A stretch of DNA of 64,000 nt from a virus. The stretch is taken from positions 64,001-128,000 of IMG/VR virus record IMGVR_UViG_3300049571_000380. The stretch is one strand, 5' to 3'. The notes under the pieces were generated by a model. That model was not told the DNA's origin. It did no database searches and was given only the letters and a program-made list of their open reading frames with translations. Of the stretch, positions 16,711 through 27,047 are shown in pieces. The position numbers and the translations under genes were made by a program. Numbering within the stretch: the first letter of the stretch is position 1; each line of letters opens with the position of its first letter.

Positions 16711-19700
16711 GTGGCAACGAGCTTCGATGCAACAGCTCGAATCTCCCTGGACATCCGCTCCTTTGCCCAGGGCGCCCAGGCCGTCACGAAGTCCGGCGGC
16801 CAGATGGAGAAGGTCTTCTCCAACCTGAACTCCGTCCTGAGCAAGGTCGCTCTCGTGGAGAGCGGCCTTGCCGCCAAGCTCCGCACCTCGCTCAGCGTTT
16901 ACAACTCGATCACCTCGGCAACGAAGAACTACGCCTCCGCCGTTCAGGCCCTCCAGAAGAACGAGGCAAACAGCGCCAACGGTGCGAAGCTGATGACGCA
17001 GGCGTTCCAGCAGCTCCGCTCGGCGCTCGCCTCGGTTCAGGGCCTGAGCGAGAAGGAGTACGCACGCCTGTCTCGCACGGTCACCCTGTACGAGAAGCTG
17101 GCGAACGTCATCCGCACCCTGGCGTCGGCGCAGAAGAACATGTCGTCGATCACCCAGAACGCGATCCAGGCGGAGCAGAAGGAAGCCCAGGCCAAGCAGA
17201 AGGCGGCCGAGGTCGCCCAGCGGCTCGCGCTCGAAGAGCAGAAGCTGGCGATCCAGCGGGAGAAGCTGGCTCAGTCGGCGCAGCGCATCGCCCTCCAGGA
17301 GCAGGCGCTGGCCGCCGCCCGCGCCCGGACCGCTCAGGCGACCCAGAGCGCCCACCAGTCGACGGTCTCCTACTCGGGCTCCACGTTCGCTCTGCGCAAC
17401 ACCGTCGGCGAGCTGGAGGGCGCCTTCCAGTCGCTGTTCAACGTCCTGTCGAAGGTGCCCACGGCGCTCGCCGGGGCGGCCATCTCGCAGGAGGCGGCGT
17501 TCGCCCAGGTGGCCCGTGTCGTCGGCGAGGCGGAGGCTGCCTCGGTCGGCCTGCTTGCGAGGTTCCAGGAGATTGCCCAGCAGGCGCCGATCTCCTTCGA
17601 GGAAGTGGCCCGTATCGGTCAGCTCGGTGCCGCGATCGGTATCTCGGAGCAGAACCTCGGTGACTTCACCGACACCATCGTGAAGTTCTCGCTGACCACG
17701 GGCGTGGCGGCCGACGAGGCGACACTGCTCCTCGGCCGTATCGCGCAGATGCAGGACGTGCCGATCTCCGAGATCGACCAGCTCGGCTCCGCGATTCTCG
17801 CTCTCGGTACCGCATCGGCCGCCACCGACCAGGAGATCCTGCGCGTCAACGCCTCGATCGCCACCGTGTCGAACCTGTTCGGCCTCACTGCTCAGCAGAC
17901 GGCCGGTCTCTCCGCCGCCCTGGCCACCCTCCAGGTCCGGCCCGAGCTGTCGCGCGGCGCCCTGACCCGTGTGTTCAACGAGCTGTCCACGGCCGTCTCC
18001 GACGGTGGCACCGAGCTGAGCAAGCTGGCCAAGATCATGGGCTTGACCGACGACGAAGTCTCGAAGCTCTACAACAACCCGGCCACCCGAGGCGACTTCC
18101 TGCTGGCTTTTATTCAGGGCCTGAGCCGGGCGGCCGGAGCGGGCGGTGACGTCCAGGGCGTGCTGCGTGAACTGGGTGTCAACGCGGTCCGCGACATCGA
18201 CGTGTTCTCCCGTTTGGCCAACAACGCCGACATCGTCAGTGAGTCTTTCGACCGGGCGAACCAAGAGTTCGCCAAGGGCACCGAACTGAACCGGCAGTCG
18301 AAGGGCATCTACGAGACCACGGCCGCCGAACTCCAGAACCTCTCCGACGCCTTCCAGACGTTGCTGGCTTCTCTCGGTGGCCCGCTGGCCACGGCCATCG
18401 GTTCCGTCGCGGGCAGCCTGGCCAACGTCATCGGCTTCTTTGCGCACCTCGGCCCGGTCGTGCCGATCGTCGGCACCCTCGGCGCCCTGGCGGTCACGGC
18501 CGCAGCCGGATGGGCCCTCTATCAGGTAGCCCTGTCCAAGACGATCCAGTCCCTGATCGCGGCCCGCGAACTCCAGGAGCGCCTGAAGGTCAGCACGCTG
18601 AGCGCCCGCGTCGCGCTGGACATCTACCGCAACGGCTTCCAGGGCACGACGGCCGCGCAGGCGGCGGCGGCCAACTCCCAGCGCCAGCTCACGGTGAGCA
18701 CGGAGGCCCTGTCAACGGCGCTGGCCGCGTCCTCGACGACCATCCGGGGCTACTCGCTGGCGGCGGCGCAGTCGGCGACCGGCCTGAACGCGATGAGCAC
18801 CGCGAGCCTCAACGCGGTGCGCGGTCAGGACGCCCTGTTCGCTTCGACGCTGGCCACGCAGACCTCCATGCGCCAGCTCAGCGCCCAGGCCACGGCTTCC
18901 GCGCTGGCGATGGCCAACGTCTCGAACGTCAACCGCAACCTGGCTCTGACGCAGGCGCAGATCTCGAACTCCTCGCGGGTCTTCGCCGGTCAGACGGCTA
19001 TCGCTGCGACGGCGGTCGCCGGGCTGAACACGACGGAGGCCCGAGCCGTTCCGACGACGAACCTGATGTCGGCCTCGATGCGCAACGCGGCGGCGGCCGG
19101 TGCACAGATGGGCGCCGGTATGGGAACGGCGGCTGCGGCGAGCACCGCTGCGGCGGGTGCCTTCACCCGGGCGACCACCGGCATCACGGCTTCCGGCCTG
19201 GCGGCCCGAGCGGCGGCGTTCGCCTTCGGCCCCTGGGGTATCGCCATCGCCACGGCGGGCGTCCTGCTGGGCCCGCTCATTGGCAAGATGTTCGACTTCC
19301 GCTCGGAGTCCGAGAAGATCGCCGACGCGGCATTCGAAGCGAGCGGCGGTACGCAGGCTCTGGCCAACGCGATCAAGGCCGACACCGATGCGGCGGTCCT
19401 CGCGGCCGGTGGCGTCAGGCAGTACAACGCGGCCATCAAGGACGGCTCGAAGAGCGCCCTGGAGGCCATCGGTGTCTACCGCACGGTCACCACCACGAAG
19501 GGCGACCTGGCGGATGCCGACGTGCGCTCGGCCGAGGCGGCGCGCACCGAGGCCAAGGAGCGGCTGCGGGCGATCGAGGCCACCAAGGGCTCGAAGGAGG
19601 CCCTGGAGGAGCAGGCCAAGGGGCACGGCACCGGAGCCCAGGCGGCGCAGCGTTACCTTCGCGAGATCGCGAAGGAAGAAGGCGTCATCAGCAAGACGAC

Positions 19701-21930
19701 CGAGGCGCTGGGCGAGAACACGGCGGCCATCGGCGAGAACACCAAGCAGTGGCTGCTCGACACCGCGCAGGCGGCGGTGGAGACCTCGAAGCTGGCTGAT
19801 GGAAGCGACCTGAGTCGCCGTTCCCTGGAACAGCTCGGCGAGGCAGGCGTCAACGTCGGCGACCTGCTGGAGACCTCTCTCTCCGATCCCGACAAGGCGC
19901 TCAAGCAGCTCGACGCGGCGATCAAGGAGGTCGGCAAGACGGCCGACAACTACGCGCCGTCGGGATCCGGCAAGCTCGGTGAGCAGATTAACAACGAGGC
20001 GGCTGCGGCCATCCGCCTGAAGGGCTTCCTGGAGGCTCTGCGTACGACGATCGCCGCCGAGGACAGCGCTTCGACGAAGCTCTCGATCACGAAGGGTCTG
20101 CTGGCCGACGCGCTCGACGAGACGGGCACCTCGGCCAGCTCGGCGAGCGGCAAGATCAAGCTGACGAAGTCGGCCCTGGAAGACCTGGACACCACGGGCG
20201 AAGAGGCGCAGCAGGCGATCGATCAGCTCACGACCTCGTTCGAGAAGTTCGGCACTCCGCTCGACGCCTTCAAGTCGGCAGCCGAGTCGGCATTCGGCAA
20301 GGCCGAGGACGCGATCGACAAGTTCTCGCTGAAGACCAAGGGTGGCCTGGACGCGTACATCAAGGAACTGGAGAAGATCGCCAAGGCGCAGCGTGACTGG
20401 TCCGCGAACCTGATCAAGATCTCCGCGACCCTCGGCCCGGAGGTCGCCGAGCAGTTCCGCAAGATGGGCCCCGAGGCCGCGCCCGCCGTCGCCGAACTGG
20501 CCAACCTCTCGGTGAAGGAGCTGGAGAAGCTGGGCCCGCGCCTGGCCGAGATCGGCGGCGACGCCACCAGCGACCTCGCGGCGGCCATCATCCAGAACTC
20601 CGGGAAGATCGAGAACGCCACCCTTCGGACCAGGACGCTCATCGCCGATGTCTTCGGCAACCTGATCGACAAAGCGAAGACCAGCGAGGACTTCGCTGAC
20701 GTATCGAATCAGTACGCCGACCTGGTGGCCAAGCTCGGCAAGCTCAAGGGTGTGAAGATCGACATCTCGGCCGACGACGCCAAGGCGTTCAAGTCGCTCA
20801 ACGACCTGAGCCTGTACATCGATCTCGTCGGCAAGAAGAAGGTCAAGCCCGAGATCGCCATCGACATCATCAAGGCGCAGGGTGACATCACCAAGCTCCA
20901 GGAGCTGCTGAAGAACACGAACCTGAACAAGGAGGGCAAGGCCACCCTCAACACCCTGCTCTTCCAGGCCCAGATTACCCAGCTCACCACGTTCGTGGAC
21001 GGACTGGAGGCCGAAGGAAAGCTCGACGCCAAGGGCAAGGGCAAGCTGAGCGACGAGGAGTACCGGGCGAAGGTGCTCGCGCTGACCGAGTTCCTGGCAT
21101 CCTCGGAGGGGCAGGGCTTGCTCAACCCGAAGGGCAAGGCCCAGCTCGACGACAAGGCGTACCGGGCCCAGATGACGGCGCTCGCCCAGCTCATCCTGGG
21201 CAAGGAGGCGGCTGGTGAGTTCGACGTCAACGGCGACGGCAAGCTCGACGACGACGAGTTCAAGGCCCTACTGGAAGCGCTGAAGCGCGCGGTCGCCGAC
21301 GCGAACAAGGGCAAGCTGAACCCGAAGGGCACCGTCACGCTGGCCGGTGTCAGCAACTTCAACCGGCAGCTCGGCGGAATCGTCCAGGCCGCATACACGG
21401 CCGGTGGCCGGATCACCAACGCGCTGACCAGGTCGGCTACCGTTTCGGTGGGCTACTACTACTACCAGAAGAACTCCCCGCCGAAGAGCTACGCGGCAGC
21501 CAACGGTGGCTGGATCAACGGACCTGGCGGTCCGAAGTCCGACGTGATTCCGGCGATGCTCTCGAACGGCGAATTCGTCGTGAACGCGGCGTCGGCCAAG
21601 CGCTTCGGCGCCCTGCTGGAGATCATCAACCGGTCGGGCGGCCGGGGCTTCGGCGGTGTCGCCAAGCGTCTGCTGGACTCCGGGGTGACGGGCGGCTCGA
21701 AGCAGGTGCGGGCCCGGCAGGGCGGCGCCGGGACGACGATGCTCGGCAGCAGCAGCGCGGTGCAGCAGGTGCCGCCGGAGAGCGTGTCGGTGTTCACCGC
21801 CCGGCTGGCGATGCCGTCGCAGGGCCCGACGAACGTCTTCAACATCAACAACCAGTACCCGCAGGCGGAGCCCACGTCGACTACGATCAACAGGTCGCTG
21901 GCCTACGCAGCGACGATCAGCGGGGTGTGA
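16711..21930 (+). CDS. Tape measure protein (TP901-type core), 1739 aa
   Basis: Ala-rich helical; EAAFAQVARV...APISFEEVARIGQLGAAIG core; C-terminal NGGWINGPGGPKSDVIPAMLSNGEFVVNA. Confidence 0.95.
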   Translation: MATSFDATARISLDIRSFAQGAQAVTKSGGQMEKVFSNLNSVLSKVALVESGLAAKLRTSLSVYNSITSATKNYASAVQALQKNEANSANGAKLMTQAFQQLRSALASVQGLSEKEYARLSRTVTLYEKLANVIRTLASAQKNMSSITQNAIQAEQKEAQAKQKAAEVAQRLALEEQKLAIQREKLAQSAQRIALQEQALAAARARTAQATQSAHQSTVSYSGSTFALRNTVGELEGAFQSLFNVLSKVPTALAGAAISQEAAFAQVARVVGEAEAASVGLLARFQEIAQQAPISFEEVARIGQLGAAIGISEQNLGDFTDTIVKFSLTTGVAADEATLLLGRIAQMQDVPISEIDQLGSAILALGTASAATDQEILRVNASIATVSNLFGLTAQQTAGLSAALATLQVRPELSRGALTRVFNELSTAVSDGGTELSKLAKIMGLTDDEVSKLYNNPATRGDFLLAFIQGLSRAAGAGGDVQGVLRELGVNAVRDIDVFSRLANNADIVSESFDRANQEFAKGTELNRQSKGIYETTAAELQNLSDAFQTLLASLGGPLATAIGSVAGSLANVIGFFAHLGPVVPIVGTLGALAVTAAAGWALYQVALSKTIQSLIAARELQERLKVSTLSARVALDIYRNGFQGTTAAQAAAANSQRQLTVSTEALSTALAASSTTIRGYSLAAAQSATGLNAMSTASLNAVRGQDALFASTLATQTSMRQLSAQATASALAMANVSNVNRNLALTQAQISNSSRVFAGQTAIAATAVAGLNTTEARAVPTTNLMSASMRNAAAAGAQMGAGMGTAAAASTAAAGAFTRATTGITASGLAARAAAFAFGPWGIAIATAGVLLGPLIGKMFDFRSESEKIADAAFEASGGTQALANAIKADTDAAVLAAGGVRQYNAAIKDGSKSALEAIGVYRTVTTTKGDLADADVRSAEAARTEAKERLRAIEATKGSKEALEEQAKGHGTGAQAAQRYLREIAKEEGVISKTTEALGENTAAIGENTKQWLLDTAQAAVETSKLADGSDLSRRSLEQLGEAGVNVGDLLETSLSDPDKALKQLDAAIKEVGKTADNYAPSGSGKLGEQINNEAAAAIRLKGFLEALRTTIAAEDSASTKLSITKGLLADALDETGTSASSASGKIKLTKSALEDLDTTGEEAQQAIDQLTTSFEKFGTPLDAFKSAAESAFGKAEDAIDKFSLKTKGGLDAYIKELEKIAKAQRDWSANLIKISATLGPEVAEQFRKMGPEAAPAVAELANLSVKELEKLGPRLAEIGGDATSDLAAAIIQNSGKIENATLRTRTLIADVFGNLIDKAKTSEDFADVSNQYADLVAKLGKLKGVKIDISADDAKAFKSLNDLSLYIDLVGKKKVKPEIAIDIIKAQGDITKLQELLKNTNLNKEGKATLNTLLFQAQITQLTTFVDGLEAEGKLDAKGKGKLSDEEYRAKVLALTEFLASSEGQGLLNPKGKAQLDDKAYRAQMTALAQLILGKEAAGEFDVNGDGKLDDDEFKALLEALKRAVADANKGKLNPKGTVTLAGVSNFNRQLGGIVQAAYTAGGRITNALTRSATVSVGYYYYQKNSPPKSYAAANGGWINGPGGPKSDVIPAMLSNGEFVVNAASAKRFGALLEIINRSGGRGFGGVAKRLLDSGVTGGSKQVRARQGGAGTTMLGSSSAVQQVPPESVSVFTARLAMPSQGPTNVFNINNQYPQAEPTSTTINRSLAYAATISGV

Positions 21931-21933
21931 GCG

Positions 21934-22776
21934 GTGGCGACGGCATACAAGATCAACGGATACACCATCGGCGGCAAGGCCATCACCTCCGGCATGTATC
22001 TCCTGGAGGGCACCGAGTACGCACCGGCCCTGGCGCCGCGCCGTGCCGTCATCGAGGTGCCGAACACGCACTACGCGATTCCCCAGTGGGACGATCCGCT
22101 GTCGCAGATCACCGTCTCCCTGAAGATCCGTATCGTCGACCTCACGCCCGAGGCTCTGGCCTCGCGCTGGAACACCCTGATGGGCCTGCTCGGGATGGGC
22201 ACGAACCAGCCCATCACCCTCACCCGGGTCCGGGGGACGATCGAGGAGACGGCCGACGCCCAGCTCGTCTCGATGAACACCCCGGACTTCTCCTGCCCGA
22301 GCGACCGGGCGGATGCGACGATCATCTTCAACGTCCCGGGCGGGGCCTGGCGCGGCGCCGAGACGACGGCCACGTTCTTCAACAGCTCCTCGAACACCCT
22401 GGCCAACGCGCTCGCTTCGACGGTGCCGATCGCCGACGCCCTTCTGCTGCTGAAGGGCCCGGCCACCTCTCTCACGGTCACCGACAACACCTCGACCACC
22501 ACGGTCTTCTGGGGTGACGGCTCCTCGTCGGTCAGCTCGGCGCAGTGGCTGCTGATCGACCCCCGCTACATGCGGGCCCGCCTTCAGCCCTCGGAAGTCT
22601 GGACTTTCACCACAGGAACGAACGTCACGGGCGCCCTGGAGTTCCGTGGAAACGGGCCCCTGACTTTCACGTCGCGCGGCTCCGGTTCTTTCGGGAACAG
22701 GACCGGTACATTCACCGTTACAACTGCTGGCGGAAACAACGGAGTGCAAGTGCGATCCAGGTACGCGGTGGTGTGA
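21934..22776 (+). CDS. Distal tail (Dit-like) minor tail protein
   Basis: Immediately after TMP; beta-rich; ATIIFNVPGGAWRG, LLLKGPA. Confidence 0.75.
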   Translation: MATAYKINGYTIGGKAITSGMYLLEGTEYAPALAPRRAVIEVPNTHYAIPQWDDPLSQITVSLKIRIVDLTPEALASRWNTLMGLLGMGTNQPITLTRVRGTIEETADAQLVSMNTPDFSCPSDRADATIIFNVPGGAWRGAETTATFFNSSSNTLANALASTVPIADALLLLKGPATSLTVTDNTSTTTVFWGDGSSSVSSAQWLLIDPRYMRARLQPSEVWTFTTGTNVTGALEFRGNGPLTFTSRGSGSFGNRTGTFTVTTAGGNNGVQVRSRYAVV

Positions 22777-22779
22777 CAT

Positions 22780-25700
22780 ATGGCGCTGGTTAATACGCTG
22801 GTCGTTCGCTTCCGGGCGTACGCCGCGAACGGTGCGGCGATCGGCATCCTTCCGCATCCGCTTTCCTGGGAAGCGGGCATCCCGCTCAACGACATGCCCT
22901 CGCTGACGATGACCTATCCGGACGGCTCGGATGCGGCGAACCTGCTGAAGTCGCCCTGTGAAGTAGCGCTTGAGCTGCGCGATCCCAGCACCGGAACCTT
23001 CACCGAGCACCCGGGGTGCCGGTTCATGAACGTCCGCCGGTCTTTCGACCTGGCGGCCCGGCCGCGCATCCTCTCCTTCACGATGCCGTCGTACGGATGG
23101 CAGCTCAAGAAGGTCCGCTGGATGGACGCGGACAACCCGCGCCTGAACAAGGACGGGCAGATCGCCTACAAGACGGCCGTCTCCCCGGCACTTCCCGTCA
23201 AGGACATCATCGACTACGCCAAGAACCGTGGAAACATTCCCGGCCTGACGTACGACTTCACGGGAAGTGTCGACTCCGCAGGCACCGCCTGGGGCGTCAC
23301 GATGAAGGGCAACTTCGACTACGGCCAGGACGCCTGGTCGATGATCGACGCCCTTTCCCGGCAGGGCTTCTTCGACTGGCGGATGAACAAGCGCGTCCTC
23401 CAGATGTACAAGGCCGACACGACGCTGCGCCGCCAGCTCGACACCGACACGGGCGTGCACGTCCACAGCATGGTCGGTACCACCGAGGAGCCGGTCGAAC
23501 GCACTTGGGAAGACCTCGCTGGATTCATCGTGGCCGTCGGTGACCAGCAGCTCATCTCCGGCTTGGTCGAGGCGCCGGACTCCGTCGAGTACCCCTGGGG
23601 CAAGTGGGACGAATCGATCTCCGCCTCGGGCGTCACCGACGTCCAGACCCTCGCCCAGATTACCGACAACCTGCTGCTCACGAAGTACAAGAGCCGCACC
23701 CAGTACACGAAGAAGTTCGTCTGGACCGAGGGCGCCCCGGTGCCCCTCGTGGACTACCGGCCGGGCGACTTCATCCGGGCCATGAGCGACGCGACTTCGG
23801 GCGCCCAGAAGGCGTCGATGCGCGTCTACCAGATCACCCTCTCCGGGACGGATCCGTACGGCGTCGGCGTGGCGCTCACCCTCAACGACCGGTTCACCGA
23901 CCGTGCCCTCCAGACGGAGCGCTGGGTATCCCGCGTATCGGGCGCAGGCGGCCCCACAGGCGGCGGAGGAACGGGCGCTGGCACGAAGCCGCAGAAGCCC
24001 GCCCCGATCGACTCCACGCCTCCCAAGGCGCCGATCCTGAACTCGGTTACCAATGAGCCCTACTTCTCCGAGCTGGGTGACCCGGTCTCGATGGCCGACG
24101 TGGCATTCCAGGTGGCCACCAAGGACGTCGAGAACCGCACGATCGACATCCTGCGGTACAACGTGGCCGCGCGCCGGTCGGACTTCAACTGGCAGCAGGC
24201 GTTCACCGTCCAGGTGACGCAGCCCGATTCGCCGTCCACCGGTCAGGTCATCCACGCCAAGGTGCCTCTGCTGGACTCGGGCTACAGCTACGAGTTCCGG
24301 GTTCAGGCGATCCGCGACTCGGGCTACGCCTCGGACTGGTCGAACGCCATCACGCAGACAATGGGCTACCCGACCACTGCCCCCGAGATTCCGTCGGCAC
24401 CGATTCTGTCGACGAAGCTCAGCACGGTGAAGGCCGAGTGGGACGGAAAAGACGAGGACGGCAACGCCTATCCGCCGGAGTTTCGCGAGGTGCAGGTCGA
24501 AGCCTCGACGGACAACTCCACCTGGTATCACGTCGGGGACATCTTCTCCGGCGGTGCCGGACTCATCATGAGCGGCAAGGGCGGCCTGCCGACCTGGGAC
24601 GTCGGCGATACCGTCTACGTGCGCTTCAAGGCGATGAACAGCGCCTCGGTCATCTCGGCGGTCTCCGCCGTCAGCTCGATTGTCGTGCTCGGCGTCAGCG
24701 GCCCGGACATCGCCGCGAACACGATCACGGCCAACAACATCGCCACCGGCACCCTGACCGCCGAGCAGATCAAGGCGCACAGCCTCACGGTCGAGAACCT
24801 GGCCGTCGGCAACCCGGCCAACCTGGTCGTCGACCCGACATTCTCCTCCGCACCGCTGAACACCGCACGCCTGGCGCAGGCGACGGGGTCTTCCGGCAGC
24901 GGTGTCGCCTGGACCATCACGGCGGCCGGTGCCGTCAGGATTGACAACAACTCGGGCGCGAACAACTTCAACCGGTTCGGCTTCACCAACAACACGCTGG
25001 TGAACTATCCGCTCCAGATGTTCCCGGGTCCGAGCCTGAGCAGCAACGAGCTGGCGATCCCCTTCACGCGGCCCGGCAACACGGACGGCGTTTCGACGGG
25101 AAGCATCAAGTGCCGGTTCGTCGTCACCGCGACCGGCATCCCGGCCAGCCCGGGGGCCGCGACGATCAACGTGGCCATGCTGTCGCGCCAGTTCCAGAGC
25201 AGTGGTGCGCCCATCTCCACCTCCGGCACCATCCGGTCGGACTTCACCATCTCGGCGAACGGCACGTACACCGTCGAGTCGACCACCGGGTGGAACCCGG
25301 CGGCCGGAACCGTCAGCTACATCCCTTACCTGTATGTAAAGTTCGAGAACACGGTGGATCCGGCGGTGGCGCTGGAGTTCACGCAGATCGAGATCTGGCA
25401 GGAGCAGTCGGTCTTCATCGGCGACGGCCTGATCAAGACTCCGCTGCTCGCAGCCAACGCGGTGACCACCGACATCCTGTACGCCGATGCCATCACGGCC
25501 AAGCACTCGATCCACTCCGCGTACTACGAGATGACCAGCCAGTCAGGTGGCGCCGTCATCAAGATCACCGAGAACGCGAACTTCAACGGCCAGTCCGGTA
25601 TCCGGTGGGACGGCCTGACCAACTACGGGCCCCGCATCTTCCAGGCCGACGCCTCCGGTACAGGCGGTTGGGACCCGCGTGGTTTCGTCATCACGGGTCC

Positions 25701-26100
25701 GGAGCAGACAGTGAACTCCTCCGGCCGCGTCGATATGCAGTTCGCGTACGGAGTCGGCAACTCGAAGATCTCCCGTCAATACGGTTCGGAGACAATCTCC
25801 GTTCAGGGCATTTACTGGGACTCCTCGGTAGCCCGTTTCCGCATTGGCGGCATGTTCAACACAGGCCACTTCCAGAACGACATGTTCCGCATGGACCGCG
25901 TTGGCTTCCAAAATGGTACATACTCGTACGGATCGGTGACCACACGTCGGTACTACCCGATCCTCTGCCCCAACGGTGGATCCAGTCCAGTGACCAGCTC
26001 CGTCTACCAGTTCCCTAGTGGAACCGAGGGTGGGTTCCAGTACGTTTCCAGCTCGGGAGTGAGCGAAGTATTCTTCATCTGCATGTGCGGAACTCCGTGA
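22780..26100 (+). CDS. Tail tip/hub protein with FN3-like and host-recognition domains
   Basis: 1106 aa after Dit; hub N-terminus, Gly/Pro linker, FN3-like YSYEFRVQAIRDSGYASDWS, TITANNIATGTLTAEQI repeats. Confidence 0.85.
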   Translation: MALVNTLVVRFRAYAANGAAIGILPHPLSWEAGIPLNDMPSLTMTYPDGSDAANLLKSPCEVALELRDPSTGTFTEHPGCRFMNVRRSFDLAARPRILSFTMPSYGWQLKKVRWMDADNPRLNKDGQIAYKTAVSPALPVKDIIDYAKNRGNIPGLTYDFTGSVDSAGTAWGVTMKGNFDYGQDAWSMIDALSRQGFFDWRMNKRVLQMYKADTTLRRQLDTDTGVHVHSMVGTTEEPVERTWEDLAGFIVAVGDQQLISGLVEAPDSVEYPWGKWDESISASGVTDVQTLAQITDNLLLTKYKSRTQYTKKFVWTEGAPVPLVDYRPGDFIRAMSDATSGAQKASMRVYQITLSGTDPYGVGVALTLNDRFTDRALQTERWVSRVSGAGGPTGGGGTGAGTKPQKPAPIDSTPPKAPILNSVTNEPYFSELGDPVSMADVAFQVATKDVENRTIDILRYNVAARRSDFNWQQAFTVQVTQPDSPSTGQVIHAKVPLLDSGYSYEFRVQAIRDSGYASDWSNAITQTMGYPTTAPEIPSAPILSTKLSTVKAEWDGKDEDGNAYPPEFREVQVEASTDNSTWYHVGDIFSGGAGLIMSGKGGLPTWDVGDTVYVRFKAMNSASVISAVSAVSSIVVLGVSGPDIAANTITANNIATGTLTAEQIKAHSLTVENLAVGNPANLVVDPTFSSAPLNTARLAQATGSSGSGVAWTITAAGAVRIDNNSGANNFNRFGFTNNTLVNYPLQMFPGPSLSSNELAIPFTRPGNTDGVSTGSIKCRFVVTATGIPASPGAATINVAMLSRQFQSSGAPISTSGTIRSDFTISANGTYTVESTTGWNPAAGTVSYIPYLYVKFENTVDPAVALEFTQIEIWQEQSVFIGDGLIKTPLLAANAVTTDILYADAITAKHSIHSAYYEMTSQSGGAVIKITENANFNGQSGIRWDGLTNYGPRIFQADASGTGGWDPRGFVITGPEQTVNSSGRVDMQFAYGVGNSKISRQYGSETISVQGIYWDSSVARFRIGGMFNTGHFQNDMFRMDRVGFQNGTYSYGSVTTRRYYPILCPNGGSSPVTSSVYQFPSGTEGGFQYVSSSGVSEVFFICMCGTP

Positions 26101-26106
26101 GGAACG

Positions 26107-26877
26107 ATGGCTGAAATCGACGTGATCCGGCACGTAATCCGGCCGCACCAGCCCGCGAGGGGCGAGGAGTACGACCCGACGCAGGACATGCTGATCGTTG
26201 TCCACAGGAACCCCAACGATCCGGACGACCCGGTCGAGTTCGGCCACCACATCCGGATGAGCGTGGTCGCCTACCGCAAGGAGATGTGGGGGCTGGGGGA
26301 CTACGCCAGCACCATCGACATGGAGCTGAGGGATCTGGAGCGGTACTACGCCCGGGAGTCCGACGACGAGGACTACGGGGTCCATCCGCTGGCCACCATC
26401 ACGGAGCACTACTTCGACGCCCCACCGGTCCGCATGAAGTCCTTCGGTCCGGACTACGTGATGGACCGAGTCGAATCCCAGCTCACCGCCCTGCCGGGAA
26501 CCACGGACGGTGCGGTGAAGATGTGCCTGGACACGGTGCTGTCGGGAATCGAGGACGTGAAGGGGTGCCTGGCGTCGGACCAGCAGCAGACCTTCCCCTG
26601 CAAGGGGATGACCGGACTGTCGACCGACACGGTGAGCGCCCGGGGCGACACGATGATGCGCATGGAGGAGCAGACTCAGCGCTTGACGCTGGTCCCCTCG
26701 GCTCCACTCGACGAGGTGCGCCAGCTCCTGACCGACCGGGAGAGCGAGCTGGAGACCGCTCGGACCGGGTTCGTGGATCACGCTCTGATGACCAGCAACG
26801 TGCCGGAGATCATGCGTAAGCGGGTGGTGGCCGCCGCCGTCAGGCGCGGCATTCTGGAGGAGAACACGTGGATGTAG
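26107..26877 (+). CDS. Hypothetical tail-associated protein
   Basis: In tail operon, RBS GAGGAA, high GC3. Confidence 0.65.
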   Translation: MAEIDVIRHVIRPHQPARGEEYDPTQDMLIVVHRNPNDPDDPVEFGHHIRMSVVAYRKEMWGLGDYASTIDMELRDLERYYARESDDEDYGVHPLATITEHYFDAPPVRMKSFGPDYVMDRVESQLTALPGTTDGAVKMCLDTVLSGIEDVKGCLASDQQQTFPCKGMTGLSTDTVSARGDTMMRMEEQTQRLTLVPSAPLDEVRQLLTDRESELETARTGFVDHALMTSNVPEIMRKRVVAAAVRRGILEENTWM

Positions 26878-26882
26878 GAACG

Positions 26883-27047
26883 GTGTCCTCAGAGGATGTG
26901 CTGGGTTCGTACGAACGCCAGCTCACCGAGGCTCACAGGAAGATCGCCATGCTGGAGGCCGCACTGGAGCGCGAGCGCCGGGCCGCCTCGCAGGCTCGTA
27001 TCGCCAGTCAGCAGTCCGATCAGGCCGATCCGCAGGAGATGCCGTGA
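26883..27047 (+). CDS. Small coiled-coil protein (54 aa, not in ORF track)
   Basis: GTG after AGGAA; MSSEDVLGSYERQLTEAHRKIAMLEAALERERR...; GTGA overlap with next gene. Confidence 0.55.
   Translation: MSSEDVLGSYERQLTEAHRKIAMLEAALERERRAASQARIASQQSDQADPQEMP

Noticed and set aside
21268-25515. 1415-aa minus-strand ORF and similar long antisense ORFs (453-2582, 16288-18447, 32862-34316, 44066-45646, 55837-57777, 57839-60208)
   Set aside because: Shadow frames of high-GC3 genes on the opposite strand; Arg/Gly/Pro-biased with no motifs or RBS
25700-26100. Diversity-generating retroelement variable region in the tail tip
   Set aside because: No template repeat or reverse transcriptase seen in the window
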